A DNA stretch of 64,000 nt from Microbotryum violaceum (lineage: Eukaryota): NCBI GenBank assembly GCA_001244265.2, contig CDLV01000012.1, forward strand, positions 682,001-746,000, given 5' to 3'. The notes under the pieces were generated by a model, which did not search any database, had not been told where the DNA came from, and was given only the letters and a program-made list of their open reading frames with translations. Shown piece after piece: positions 50,002-63,600 of this stretch. The translations under genes and the position numbers were made by a program. How positions within the stretch are numbered: position 1 is the stretch's first letter; each line of letters starts with the position of its first letter.

Positions 50002-51840
50002 ATGTCCCCCCAAGGCCTCTTATCGAGCCTGCCGGTAATCGACCTATCGTCCTTTCTCGAGGTCGGTGTGGCTGCCGGCGACTCTCACCCCTCCGCGGCA
50101 TCGGACCCGGACCGTACATCCCGGCAAAGTGCGGTAGCTGCGTCAATCCACGCCGCTTGTCGAGACTATGGCTTCTTCTACGTTACCGGCTTCGACTCGG
50201 TGATCAGTCGCGAAGAAAGACAAGGCTCGCTCGCCGTCGCACGCCAGTTCTTTGATCTGCCAGAGCCAATTAAGCAACGCGTGCGGATCGACAAGGGCGG
50301 CGACGGCGCGAGAGGGTGGCAGAAGCTGGGCGAGAACGTCACGCAGTACCAAGGTTAGTCATACAAGCCACCTTCGCGTCGCTTCGGAGGTCTTTCTGGC
50401 CCATGTATTGGGCCTCGGTTGGCGTAGCGCGGGGGTCGACGGAGCAGCTGCGCGGGTGTGACCGCGTGACGTGACCCCCACATAATAGCGATGCAGCCCG
50501 GGGCCTAAACGTCGCAAACTGACTCTTGCTATTCTCCTCGTTCAACATTAGCTGATCACCACGAGGGGTACGATCTCTGTGAGTCTGGCATCTTCCACCT
50601 TCTAGGAGTCACACTTTGACCGCAGTTTACGTTTCTGTTTTAGATCGGCCAGTCAAGAGACCTGATGCGACCAAGCTGCTGCACGGCCACAACCTTTGGC
50701 CCGTCGAGCCCGCCAACTTCCGTCCCACGCTTGAAAGGTGGATCGAAAAGTGTCAGGTCATCGGTATGGCCTTGATGCAAGCCACCGCATTTGGACTGGG
50801 CATGGCCCTCGATAGCGACGAGTGGAAACACCTCCGAGCGTCCGTAGACGAGAGTTTCTGGGTGATGAGGTGAGAGCGGCGGCTGGAGACGTTGTGGGGA
50901 TGCTCCAAGGGCTTGCGACCAACATTCGTGGCCCACATATATACCAACAGATGCATCGGCTATCCTCCTCTTCCCAAGGACGCCAAAGGTGTCTCGTGCG
51001 GTGCTCACAAGGGTCAGTTTCATCAACATATTGAGGTGGAAGCATGATCGCACCTTGTCTGACCTGTTTCATTATCAACAGATTACGGTCAGTGTTGTCC
51101 CTTCTTTCGTCACGGATAGATTCGCTCTACCGCCGCTTTTATTGACCACCTCTACAACGCTCGGAAAATAGGCTGCTACACCCTGCTGCACACCGACTCG
51201 ACTCCCGGGGCCCTGCAAGTCTTCCTGCCTTCGGAACAGGGTGCGAGCGAAGAGAATGGTGTGCGAGGAAGCTGGATCCCAGCTGATCCTATACAAGACG
51301 CCTTTGTGGTGAAGTGAGGCCTCCTGTGTGTTCAGATCGCGCGATGTCGGTGTTGACGTTCCGAAGCGGTTATCGTTTTTTGCACTCTGTGCAGTATTGG
51401 TTCCATGTGGGAGATCTGGAGCGCGGGCCTGTACAAAGCGACAATCCATCGGGTCCTACATAAAAGCCCCAACTATCGCGTCTCGTGAGTCTTGACTTGT
51501 GACGCGTCTTGAATGTTCACAGGTGATTTCGGGGGCTGACATTCCGGGACTGCGCAATTTCTTTCGGACCCCCGGTTGGACACCGAACAGCATTCCCTTC
51601 TTCTTTGAGCCCAACTTTGATGCGGTCATTAAGGTAGGTCTTCAACATTGATCAAGACGGTGGTTGGCGAGGAGTAAAAGCTGATCGTGATCCTACTTGC
51701 AGCCACTCCCTGCGGCGCTCAAGCTGCGTGACGAAGCAGCAGGTGCTCTTAAAGATGGGCCAGAACCGACGGCGCACGCGGATTCCGTCATCTATGGAGA
51801 ATTTTTGCGGAGTAAAGTCGCGGGCAACTTCGCTCCGTGA
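50002..51840 (+). CDS. 2-oxoglutarate/Fe(II) dioxygenase (IPNS/DIOX_N type)
   Basis: LPVIDLS, ACRDYGFFYV, GAHKDYG.YTLL (HxD), ATIHRV, RVSIPFFFEPNFD. Confidence 0.92.
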
Positions 51841-52200
51841 TCGAGCAACGATTATAACGACGCGTTTGTCTCGAACTTTGGTGCGCCTTTCTGTGCCTAC
51901 CTGATCAACCGGATGGCTTCGAGGTGTATTCCGTTGACACCCACCACTTGGCTCTCGTAACTGAACAAAGAGGTGTTCTTGATCTGACGAGCTCGGTCGT
52001 TGATCCTTGAACTAGTGTTAGGTTCCGATTTAGCTGGGGGCTGTGACTCAAAGTTTGGGCATGGTTGAGGTGGAGTGGGGGATCCTCGATAGGTGTTCGT
52101 TGCCGATCCCTTTTGAAGTCTATAGAAGTACACGGTGCCAAGCGGTCCGGTGCGCCTCGTTTCGACAGACCACTCGCAATCCGGCCTTTTGAAATTCCAT

Positions 52201-52252
52201 GGATCCTGCTTGAAGCCCAAAGGAGGGGATCCTGCTTGAAGCCCAACGGAGG
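52201..52252. repeat. 26-bp tandem duplication
   Basis: GGATCCTGCTTGAAGCCCAA[A/C]GGAGG x2. Confidence 0.9.
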
Positions 52253-52922
52253 AGATTGTTGGCTTCAGAGGAATCGAGAGTACGACTGGTGAAGTGGAAG
52301 AGTGGTCGCCGCGCCGTGAATCTGGTCGGCCTCTTTCTAAAGGCTGTCGTGCGGTTCATCACTTTCCACCCCAACATTTCACTGTTCGAAAACCTATACA
52401 TGGCCGATGTTACACCTCTCAAAATGCTGTCAGGGTCATTCTCCCTATCCGTAGTGCAAGTGGGGTTGAGGTCTTTTCCCATAAATCTAGCGCCGGAGGC
52501 CCCAGCTCCGTCCAGCGTCAAAAGGGCGCAACACGTGAGGCCGTGAGGCCTCTCATGGCGGACCTCGTTCGACGAGCCTGGGACCCGCCACGGCTCCTCT
52601 CAGGGAAGACGAGAAAAGGTCGTGTCAAATCTTGAAAAGACGGGGCAGCCGGGCACCGCTGTTTCTCTAGATCGAGCTCATCATCATAGGTGGTCCGAGC
52701 AATCGAATCTAGTGCTAAGTAGTGAAACGGACCGAACAAGATTGCGGATTGCAGAAAAAAACGAAAACTTGAGCGCCAAAGCGGCGAAATTACAGAGACG
52801 CGGCAACAGAGGGAGGAAGGGCGTCGAATCGATCTACAGGGTGCACGGGCCGAGGCCTGAAGGGTAGCCGTAAGCTAGTAGAGTCAGCATCCGCATCTGC
52901 GCACGCGAATTACGGATCGTGC

Positions 52923-54100
52923 TCACTCGGCGACGGGGATGCCGCGTATATGCGTCATCACGCACTGCGAGTAGTGCCACAGCAAGTACTTGGCGTAGGG
53001 AAGGTCGTCGTCGTTGGTGGTGCGAAATCGGCTTCGTTCGAGTACGAGTCCATGGAAGGAGCGGAAGTGCGCGTTGACGGGTTGGAAGAAGTGAACAACG
53101 AATCGGCTGTCCTGTTGAAAGGGGTCCGAAGAGGTTTCGAAGGGGTCCGAGGAGGGCGTGAGGCCGCGAGCAGGTGGTTCGTCAGCGCCAGCAGTCCGAG
53201 ACACGGTCCATGAACACGCCTAGCGTAGATGGAGGGGAGAAGAACCAAACTGACCCCCAACGGGTACAAACCCAGCATGTACTGATCCCACATGGCGTGT
53301 AAATCACGGCTGAGGGTCAGGCCGCAGGCAGGACCATACGGATGGTCCTCGCCAAACTCGGACCAGATCTGCGGGAGCAAGTGAGGGATCGAGAGACGGG
53401 TCGAGTCAGCAGCAGCACCGATTGCGGACCACAGGAATTGAACTCACATCCTGTCGGCTAACCGGGATGATGTGGCAAGCGACGATGAGGGTGGGAGGGA
53501 TTCGGGTGACAAGACAACGTTGGTCGCGTTCGAACAGCGCTGCTCGAAACGGAGGCTGATCCATGCCACACGGGTGAGTGAGTCGTACTCGGTGTCGCAG
53601 AGAAGCAAGGAACACGTGGGTACGGCTCGTTGAGAGCTACAAAACGCGAACCCGCAGCTGCAACCCGGCGTCGACTCGGAGACTTACTTGGCCAGTTGGA
53701 GACGAGCGGCTCGAGGCGCTCATCGTGCTTTCCGAGACGCTGCCGCAGAGGAACGACGGCAGACGGTACTTTCGTTTGCTGATGGGTCCGACGTTGAGGG
53801 TGGGGCCAAGGGGACAAAGAGGTACGCGCCCGGTTGCGGCGTCGTGGACATGTCGATCGGTTCACTGGCCTCGTTGCGCAGGTAGCCGGGTTGCACGACA
53901 GACATTTGCACGATCTCACGGACGCGACGCCAGTCAAGGGTCGGCTCGGAGCTTGTCGGCCAACTGATCGGGATCGTTGCGAGCACCACGGGGGCCGGGT
54001 GCCCGGTCACGGGAGTGGCGGCGGTCACGGTGATGTTCCTCTCGGACGTGCTCCCCTTGTCTCCCCAGAGCTGCAGAAACGATAGATCCGCCTCGTCCAT
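52923..54100 (-). pseudogene. Fungal HNH_2 endonuclease-domain protein with an apparent frameshift
   Basis: SSRSS..Q|PPFRAALFERDQRCLVT...VACHIIP...GLTLSRDLHAMWD...LLWHYSQCV; frame change near 53795-53810. Confidence 0.75.
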
Positions 54101-54354
54101 CAGTGGAACTGCGACCGCGGGCGAACGAAGGGAAGATTCGGTGAGTTCGAGTCGGGCGGGGCCATGGGGGGCCGTGGCGCCTTGGGCAGAAGTGACTGGG
54201 GATGAGAGCGATATTTTGAATTCCAGTTATACAGTCTACAAAAAGAGCCGACCCTTATCGGGCGGGGAGAGGACAAGAAAACGATAGTTACTAATAAAGC
54301 GAGGTAAAGCGACCCGTTGAAAATTAAAGGCCAAATAAACTAATAGGATCAACT

Positions 54355-55838
54355 ATGCGCATGCCGGCGCTCGTTCCTCTTGCTTCTGCGCTTTCAGAAT
54401 CGGCACCTCTCGACGCAATGCAGCCGCAGGCCCGGTCCCACGCATCCACCTCGGGCTCGGGCTCGGGCTCTTCACCGGCCCAGGCAAGGGAAGCTGAGAG
54501 AAACGGTGGCCCGGCTGCGCGTGCTGGCTCTGTAGCGAATGTGCGTCGGGGGTGGCCCGGGGGGGCGGGCGCATCGGCATCGGCATCGGCATCGGCATCG
54601 GCATCGGCATCGGCATCGGCATCGGCATCGGCATCGGCAACGGCATCGGCATTGACATCGGCAACGGCATCGAGCTCGTCCGTGAATGAGGGCGGTCGAG
54701 TCGTGCAACGCAAGTCGCTGAATGCAATTCTGGTCAATACATGCCAGGTCAGTCTTGTGTACCGCTTCTCATCTGCGCGCCGTTAGCCTGATCACTCTCT
54801 CGTGAAACACGACGTCATCGCTGGTCCACGTCTTTGACATTCGACCCCCGTCCATCCCCCCACAGAAAGGCAACCCGGTCGTCACCAATATCCGCAACAC
54901 CCCGTGGGAGTATGGAGATATCAAGGCCGACTACCAGGTCGGCGCAACAACGGGAGTGCTGTATCTCTCGTACGTCTGTCACCTCATCGGCGGCACGGTC
55001 TCGTGTCGTGGTCGATCGTGGCTTACATCACATGACGTCTTGCTAGAAGGAGCGAGCCATCACAGAGCTGTGCGCTGATTGAATGTGCTTGCTCTGTTGA
55101 CAGACTTCGGTACCATCTTTTGCACCCCGAATACATTCACCAACGGATAAAGGGTCTCGCTCAAAGCTACTCGCTCCGTCTCGTGCTCATGCTCTGCGAC
55201 GTGGACAATCACCAAGCCGCCACCAAGGAGCTCACCAAAATATGCATCGTCAATAATCTGACTGTGATCGTGGCATGGTCGTGAGTCTCGCTACCCTCTG
55301 CTTGCCTCGCGAGGTGCTCCGGCCCGTTCGCAAGGACCGAGACTAGGTGGAGCCAAGCTGATGCCCTCCATGTGCGATGATCTGCACAATCCATGTCGGC
55401 AGCACCCAAGAATGTTCGCGCTACCTAGAGCTATACAAGCAGTTTGAGCGCAAGGCACCCGATCTGATCAAGGAGCGTGTCGATGACAGCTACATGTCAC
55501 ATCTGACCTCGGCACTGACTTCGGTCAAAGGTGTGAACAAGACCGATGTGACGACGCTCGCGTCGAATTGTTTGGTAAGCTCGCAGCTAAAGAGTCATCA
55601 CACGCGTATCCTTGATGCTGATGCGCGGCTTGATGGTCGTGGGCAGACTTTTCGCAACATCGTCACGGCCTCGCCCGACGCGCTCGCGGCTCTACCCGGT
55701 CTTGGCGACAAGAAGGTTCGGCGACTGCGAGACGCGTTCGAGGGATCTTTCGTCGTCACCAAGAAGAAGAGGGTAGACCTGATGGAGAAGAAGAGCATCG
55801 CCGATCGCATGGCCGAGAAGGGGCACGCTTTGAACTGA
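54355..55838 (+). CDS. RAD10: Nucleotide excision repair protein ERCC1/Rad10
   Basis: ILVNTCQ|KGNPV, ADYQVG, LYLSLRYHLLHPEYI, IVAWS..ECSRYLE, HhH VKGVNKTD and LPGLGDKK; start codon uncertain. Confidence 0.95.
54571..54672 (+). repeat. Coding hexanucleotide microsatellite (GCATCG)11 plus degenerate tail (Ala-Ser)
   Basis: 11 perfect units 54571-54636. Confidence 0.95.
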
Positions 55839-56129
55839 AGTCGGAGGCAACGAGGGCGAGGCCGAGGACGAGCGTTGTTCAAGGCTGGGACACCGTCTGC
55901 CAAGGTTGTCAATCAGACCGATTTCCTATTTCGCTTTCATCGTCTGTAGTTTGCATATCCTTTCTAACTATGTTGTAACAAAACAAACATGCGCTCTCCC
56001 TCGCACAATCGACAGAAGGATCGAAGCCTGCCGCTACTCACGTGATTTGCCTCCATGTGCGCGCGAGGTGGACTGCGACGAATAGAGAAGTGACGCCGTC
56101 TCCGTCTTGCCTCGCCCTGAGCGAACTCG

Positions 56130-58208
56130 ATGGAGCCAGATCGACAAGACGCATCCACGAGTAAGCTACCCAAAAAGTCTCGCACGCCCAGATGACGCTC
56201 GACACTGCTCGTTGTTGACCGCTCCATCCCTTGTTTCTCCACCGTGCACAGGTCAAGTCCCGCTCCACGCTGGCGCTGCAGGACCGCCGCCGCGCAAAAA
56301 GTCAAAGTGGGACGACGACGATCCAGAGGAGGATGCTCGAGCGTCGCAACAGGCACGCGAGAAGAAACGGCTCAAGAAGCTCGAGCTAGAGGCCAAGCTC
56401 GCTCGCGAGAAGCAACGATCGTCCCAGCAGGGCGGTGGGAAGGGCGGTCTGTCGATCGCACCTCTGAGCGTCAAGGGTGCTGCGATCGCTGCTTCTGGGA
56501 GTGGGAGTGTAGGGAATGGCAAAGGTGCGGATCCGACCAGCAGGAATGGCTCTGAGGCCAGGACGAGGGAGGCAACCCCGGCGGCAGCAGGCGGCGAACG
56601 ACCTTCGCTGGCGACGGTGATCAAGACGAGGCGACCACGAGGCAGAGCAGCGCATCCACCACTGCAGAGTTGTCGATCTGTCTATTGCTACGAGGTGAGT
56701 GCTCTTATGAACGATCTGCAGCTCGAGAACGCTTCTGACGTTGCAAACACTGCGTCTCCCCTCGCATTAGCGGCTGAACGAGATCGAGGAAGGTAGCTAC
56801 GGTATCGTCTTTCGCGCTCGATGCAAGACAACGGGCGACATCGTCGCGCTCAAGAAGCTCAAGATGGACAAGGAGAAGAACGGGTTCCCCATCACCAGTC
56901 TGCGCGAGATCCAAACGCTCATGACCGCCGCCCACGAGTATATCGTGCGGGTGAGGGAAGTGGTCGTCGGCGATACTCTGACCCAGTCAGTCTCGTTCTT
57001 GCTCATCTTTGGTGGATGACGCGATGCGGGTCGCACTAAACTACTCGTCTTGTGTATGTAGAGTCTTTATCGTGATGGACTTTGTCGAACACGATCTCAA
57101 GACGCTTCTGGCGACCATGTCGACCCCGTTCTTGGCATCCGAGATCAAAACCCTCCTGCTGCAACTCTTGTCCGCCATCGCGCTCTGCCACGACAACTGG
57201 ATCATCCACCGCGACCTCAAGACGAGCAACCTCCTCATGAACAATCGAGGTCAGATCAAAGTCGCCGACTTTGGCCTCGCGAGAACGTACGGCGATCCCT
57301 TGGGGGACATGACCCAGCTGGTAGTGACACTCTGGTATCGGTAAGCTTGCATTAAAATCGAGTCGAGCGGCGCAGAAACTGACCGAGAAGGGATCGGAAC
57401 TTGTTGCAGTGCTCCGGAATTACTCTTCGGCGCGACAGAATACACGACTGCGGTCGACATGTGGTCGATTGGATGCATCTTTGGTGAGCTGATTCTGAAG
57501 GAGCCACTTTTGCCGGGCAAGGGAGAGATCGATCAAGTGGCCAAGGTAAGCCAGAATCTGCGGAACCGGGGTCATTTGTCGCATCGGATCAGTTTCTTAC
57601 ATACCATCGGATTCGCAGATCTTCAAGATGTTGGGCCGACCTACGGAGGAGATCTGGCCTGGATTCACGAAGCTGCCGAATGCCAAAAACTTCAATCTAG
57701 CCGCGGCCCAACCGTCAGTCTCGCCTCGAAGGTTTCTTCTCCTGATGTCAACTGAAACCCAACTCGATGACACCATTCCACTTTGCAGATACTCGAATCT
57801 GAGACAGACGTTCAAGTACACGACTGCACACGGCCTCGACCTCATGTCGCGTTTGCTCGCCTACGACCCCGAGAAACGCATCTCGGCCGAGGAGGCGCTT
57901 CGACATCCCTACTTTAGCGAGAGCCCCCTACCGAAGCATAGCGATTTGTTCGCTTCGTTCCCGAGCGTCGCAAATGGGGAAAAGTGAGTGGATTAGTGGC
58001 CTAGGAACGCAAAAGCTGGAGTGAGCAACGTGGGGTCTGACCGTTCTCCCTCCGCTGTTCAACGGTCTACAGGAAACAGATGTTCGCTTCGCCTTCTGCT
58101 CCTTCGAGGGCCGCCGAGTGAGTAGCCGCCGAATACAATTGCTTCAGCAAGTTCTGACCACTCGCTGACGAAACGTACCGGTTGCGCAGCCAATACGATT
58201 TCGTTTAG
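56130..58208 (+). CDS. CDK11: Cyclin-dependent kinase CDK11 (PITSLRE)
   Basis: [49 protein letters not shown]. Confidence 0.95.
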
Positions 58209-58460
58209 GCCCATCGTCAGGGCTGCTTGGGGTTGGGTTCGGAGGCATGATGTTGTGTAATAAAAGTAATAATATGTCTTCTGCCAAAGATATCATGCCC
58301 AAGTCCCGCAAGGGCCGTAGGAATATAGCGAATATTTTATCGTGTCATGCAGGCCGAACAGACTATCCCCTCGCGGGCATAGCTTACAGGTCTCAACAGA
58401 GTTTGCTTACACAAGCGCAACATACAGAACTATGTAAATACGATGCTCAGCGCGGACTGC

Positions 58461-60233
58461 TCAACTGGGAGGGGTGAAAGAGAACACAGAGCCCAGAACA
58501 TCGCCTAGCCTGGCCAGCTTCGAATTGCGACCGACGAACATGCTCGCCGCCGAAAAGCCGGCCCCACCGCCACTGACCATCGTCAAAGGTCTCCCTCGTG
58601 GAACCCTCCCTAAAACCTTGAACACGCCTTCGACCTCTTCGTCCGAATCAATCATGACGGCTTCGTCGTGGTTGGTCCCCATCGCCGCAGCAATTTGCTC
58701 CCCTTCCGACTCGTCGAGGTACTCGCCGACCATCTGCACCGCACCCTTTTTGGACGATCCTTCGCGATTCTTCTTCTCCTTGCCTTCTCCCGATCCCTTC
58801 TTCTTCTTCTTTTTGGGGTTGGCGACGGCGACCGGAACGACCTCGGGTTCCCCTGTTGCGCTTGTCCCTGTTGCTGCCTCGACGCTGCCCTCTGCACCTG
58901 GCCCGACGCGCGCTTGTACCGGTTTGTCGTTTTTGAAGTTGGGCTTGTTGGCTCTTTGCCACTCGTGGAGAAGGACATCGTAGGGTTGTGATCGGTGCGG
59001 TACCGAACGCTTGGCGCCCATCGAGTGGGTCTTGCACGTGAGCGAGCGCAGGCACTGCAGGCCCTTGTCGTTGATGACACCACATTGCCGATCGACGTCT
59101 ACTGGACCGCCTGTGAGGGTTTAATTGTGTGATCAGCATCTTGGGAGCTTGTTGATCAGGATACGGATTCGTACTAACCTGCACGAGAGGCTTTGGCCTT
59201 CGCGGCGGCGGCAGCGGCGGCGGCGGTACTTGCTCCGTTGTTGTTGCTGCTTGGCCCTACCGACGGCGATCTTGCCTCGTTACCCTTGAGCACAAACGAC
59301 GTCTTCTTCTTCGGGTTGGGTGCTGCCGATTTCGGATCCTCGGGGGTCGTCGAAGCCGAGGGGCCGGCACCGCCAGCGGATCCACCACCTAGCACGATGA
59401 CGAGCCCGCCTGCTTTTGGCTTCTTGGCTGATGACGACGAGGAGGTAGGTGCATCTGATACCAGGGCAAGGCAGTGTCCCCAAGTTAGTTTCTTGGGAGA
59501 AAGGGGGGATCTCAGGAGCCAAGTGGGGGAGAAGGACTGCTCCAAGTCACGTGTAGACTGACCTTCGGCGGCTCGTTTCATGGTTTCGCGACGTCGGATC
59601 TCGGCACAGTTGACTGCAGGGAAGATTTTGGTGAAGTCACAGGTCAGTCTCGGAAGGACCGCACCGTAGAAGAGGAGGTGGTGCGTCGTGTCAACCGCCA
59701 CGGACCACCTCGAATGGGTCGCGTGACGTGTTGATGCGACCCCGTGGCTTTGCATTGGGGCGAGGACGGGCGAGCAGCAAAATACCTTTGTGGTGTTCGA
59801 GTGCGCCTTGAAGTATGGGCTTGGCACAGTCGGGGCAGGCGATGATGTTGTTGGCGTCGAGGAGCGGCAGCAACTGCGCGGAGAGCTGGGTCGTGTCGCC
59901 GTTCGAGTTGGGGTCAGCCCGTAGGGCTGCTCGGCGGTCATTGGGGTTAATCATGGTGTCAGCGAGTGGATTCTCGCACCCGAGGATGGTGAGCGATCTC
60001 TCCTACTGACCTTGTCGAATCTTGGCCCACTGATCTCCTTGATTGGGGTCGGCCGCACCGGTGTCGGCCGCACCGGTGTCGTCAGGGGCTACGTTCTGTT
60101 GCGAATGGTGACCTGCACCCGAGGCGGCGGCGGCGTTATTCTTGATCGGCGTGTTGTTGGTGTTGTTGTCGTGGAGGTGGGAGGCTGAGGCTGAGGCGGG
60201 AACGTCGCCAATGTCTCGTAGTTTGAGTTTCAT
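58461..60233 (-). CDS. SGF73: SAGA deubiquitinase-module subunit Sgf73/Ataxin-7
   Basis: N-terminal CPDCAKPIL...EHH..C zinc finger; SCA7 domain [35 protein letters not shown]. Confidence 0.92.
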
Positions 60234-60627
60234 GCACAGCACCAAATGCGGCCACGGGCGGCTGTTGGCGCGGGCTTGACTGGACTACCTATCGACCCGA
60301 CTGGTAGAGTGCGGAGGCCAACGGGGAGCAGAAGGCAAGAATGGCGTCAGGACGATCGAGACAATTCGGCGGCCGATCTAATGCTTGATCCGCGATCCAT
60401 AAGGAGTGATTTGGGTGGGAGTAATGCGTTGCGCTAATACCCTGCGCGCGCGCATGGAGAATCTCAGGTCCCGCCCGAATGGGGCGGTCGGTTGTCAGTC
60501 CGGTGCTGCAGGGCTTGCTTGTCGTCGTGCCCGTGTCCGGTCCGAGGTAGAGCCCTACACAGCCCCAACGCATCGTCGTCCCCGGTGTAGTCGGTCCGTA
60601 CGTGCCAGTCTCGGTGGTCAAGTAGCC

Positions 60628-63600
60628 ATGTAAGTGCGCCACCTCGGTCCTGTTCCAGGATGGCGCTGCCTCTCCGTCACTGCACTCGGATCGTGGTGGA
60701 TCGGTGGTGTTCCGCCCGACGCCCGCGCTGACCGACGACCGCGTGCTGACGCCCGTATGGTATGATGCCGCATCGACGACAGGAACAAGACGGTCGCGTT
60801 GGCTACCAAGCCCAAGAGGGCTGCCCCTAAAGCCAAGGTCAGCTACACCTCCACCTGCACTTGTCGCCCGGCCCTCATACTTTCTGGCCTCGATCGGTCA
60901 CCATGCGCCCGTCGACCGTGTGGGACGGAGCGCAGCTCGTCGATCACGGGCTGAGTAAGTCCGCCTTGCGGAGTACGATGGCCTTCCCGTGCCCGCCTAC
61001 TTGGCCCGGAATGAGTCCTTGCCCTATTCTGGAACCGTACGAACCGTAGGATCGGTCTCAGGACATTTGGCTCGACCGGGACCGAGATCAATCCCGCCCC
61101 TCGCCCCCGCGCTAGGCCTCGCCCTTCTCCACCGGGGACTCGGGACTCGGCATCATGTTGACCCTTCACCTGCTCGCTGTGGAGCTCAAACAATGAACTG
61201 CTGACTCATAAAGAGTGCCGTTTTCTTTTCTCTCTCACCTCCAACAGTACATCGACCCGATCGTCCAGTCAACTTTCAACCAGGATGGCTCGATCCAAGA
61301 GATTGTCCGAGCACTCTCGACTCGACTCCGCGATTCCAATACGACCGTAAGTATGCGCTCCAGCTGGCCAAAGCTTGTGCAACCACATTACTCCAGAGAC
61401 ACTCACACCAGACCCACCGTTGGCTTCCAGGTCGCGTTCAAGGCGCTGCTCGTGCTGCACCAGATGATGCGGTCCGGAGCGCTCGAACCGACGTTCTCCT
61501 ACCTCGCCTCGTCCTCGGTCACGTCACAGCTCTCGTTCCACGAAGCGCCCAACATCTCGGCGTACGGCCAGTACCTTGCTTGCCGCATCAAATCTTATGC
61601 GAACCTCAACCGGGACGTCATCCGCGACAAAGCCGATCGTCGCTCCATGAGCCGCCTTCGGACCCTGACCGTCGAGGGGGGGTTATTGAGAGAAACGAGA
61701 GAGGTCCAGCGCATGATTGCCACCTTGGTCGAAAGCAAGGTGAGTCGATTTCGAAGAGACTCTATTCGAATATCACTGATCTTGAGATGCTCTGCTGCAG
61801 TTTTACGCCGATGACATCGACGACGATGTCTCGATGACTGCGCTGCGCCTCCTCGTCAAGGATCTGCTGGTGCTCTTCACCGCCGTCAACGAAGGCGTCA
61901 TCAATGTTCTCGGTGGGAGAACACAGCTTATAAGTTGTTTATTCCACTCAACTGACGTTGATAATGACTGCGCCTGAACAGAGCATTACTTTGAGATGAG
62001 CCATGTCGACGCCACGACTGCGCTCAAGATTTACAAGACCTTCTGCCGAGACACCGAAAAGGTTGTCGCATACCTTGGGATCGCCAAGAAGCTGCAGCAC
62101 GTTACCAACATCCCCATTCCCAATCTTAAACATGTGCGTGTGGGGTGTTTTAGCTTTGAAGATGAGCAGAAATTCGGAGACTGACTCGCCCCCATGTCTC
62201 CGTACCAGGCCCCGGTGTCTCTAGTCTCGTCCCTGGAGGAGTACCTCAACGACCCCAACTTTGAGCACAACCGAGAAGAGTACAAGGAGAACAAGCGGAT
62301 AGCTGATGGAAAACCTAGATGTGGGTTCTGCCTCGGACTTGCCGATTAGAAGAGCTCAATGCTGAGACGAGGCCGATTGTGCTCTTTCCAGCTTCGTCCA
62401 AAGCGCCTGCGACGTCGGCACCATCCGCCGCCACCGCATCCACGTCCGCACCTGCACCCTCTGCTTCGACTTCGTCTGCCACACCATCCTTGAACGAGGC
62501 ACCAAAAGCCCCCACGTCCTTCACCGACTTTTTCGAGTCGATCGAGCAATCGCAAACGGCCATGTTCGACCCTTCGACGGGCTCACCGACGCTCAGCTAT
62601 TTCCAGCAACAGGCTGTATTCAACCCCTTCGTGCAGAACCAAATGACGGGCATGCAATCGCCCTTCGGCATGGTTCAACCGCAGATGACGGGCTTTCCCG
62701 CGCCGAACCCTTTCATGCAACCTCAGTTGACGGGTTTCGTGCAGCCTCAGATGACGGGCTACGTCCAGCCGCAGATGACGGGCATGGCGCCAAATCCGTT
62801 CCGACAGAGCATGATGCCGACAGGACAATCGCCATTTGGAGCGTTCGCTGGTGGACAACCCCAATCTCAAATAATGCAACAGCAAGCAACGGGCATGCCC
62901 TTCACGGCCCAGGGTGGATCGGGGTTCCTTCATCCGCAAGCGACAGGCGCTGGTCCCTTTGGCAACGGGACTCGACCCATGAGTACTATCACGTCGCAGG
63001 CAACCGGCAGTCCGTTCGGTAACACGGTCCAGCCCGCATCGCCCTTCATGTCGCAAGCCCCGGCGACCCCTTCGTCCCCTTTTGCTCCTCCACAACGAGT
63101 GGCTTCGCCTTTCGGCAACGGCGTGTCCTCGCCGTTCAACTCAACCTCCTCGGCACCCGCCACGGCGCCTCTGCAAGCTCAAAAAACAGGAACCCGGAAT
63201 CCGTTCGCCCCCGCTCCGGGCTCCGTCCCTTCACCCAAACAGCCCCAAGGTCCGAGCATGAATCAGCTTGCGTACAATGCCTTTAACCAGTCGCAGCAAG
63301 CCCAGGCCCAACAGCAACATGAGCAGCAGCAGCAGCAGCCACAAGCACAGCAAAATCAACAGAGCGGGTTCGCCAATGGTACAAATGGATCAGCCTTCCA
63401 ATCATCGCAACCTCCGAGCTCATTTTCGACTGTATTCGGCAACGCGCCGTCAAACCCGACACCATCGGCCCTGACCCCGGTCAAGACGGGCGTGATGGGC
63501 AATGTTGCTTCCGAGTTCGCCTCCTCTTCCTCACCCTTCGGCGCTTCGAGCGGTCAAAATGCGTCCGGAAGCACGTCAACCACCCAATTCTCTTCTTCGT

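Noticed and set aside
51983-52010. CTGACGA hammerhead-core-like heptamer
   Set aside because: No stem II followed by GAAA
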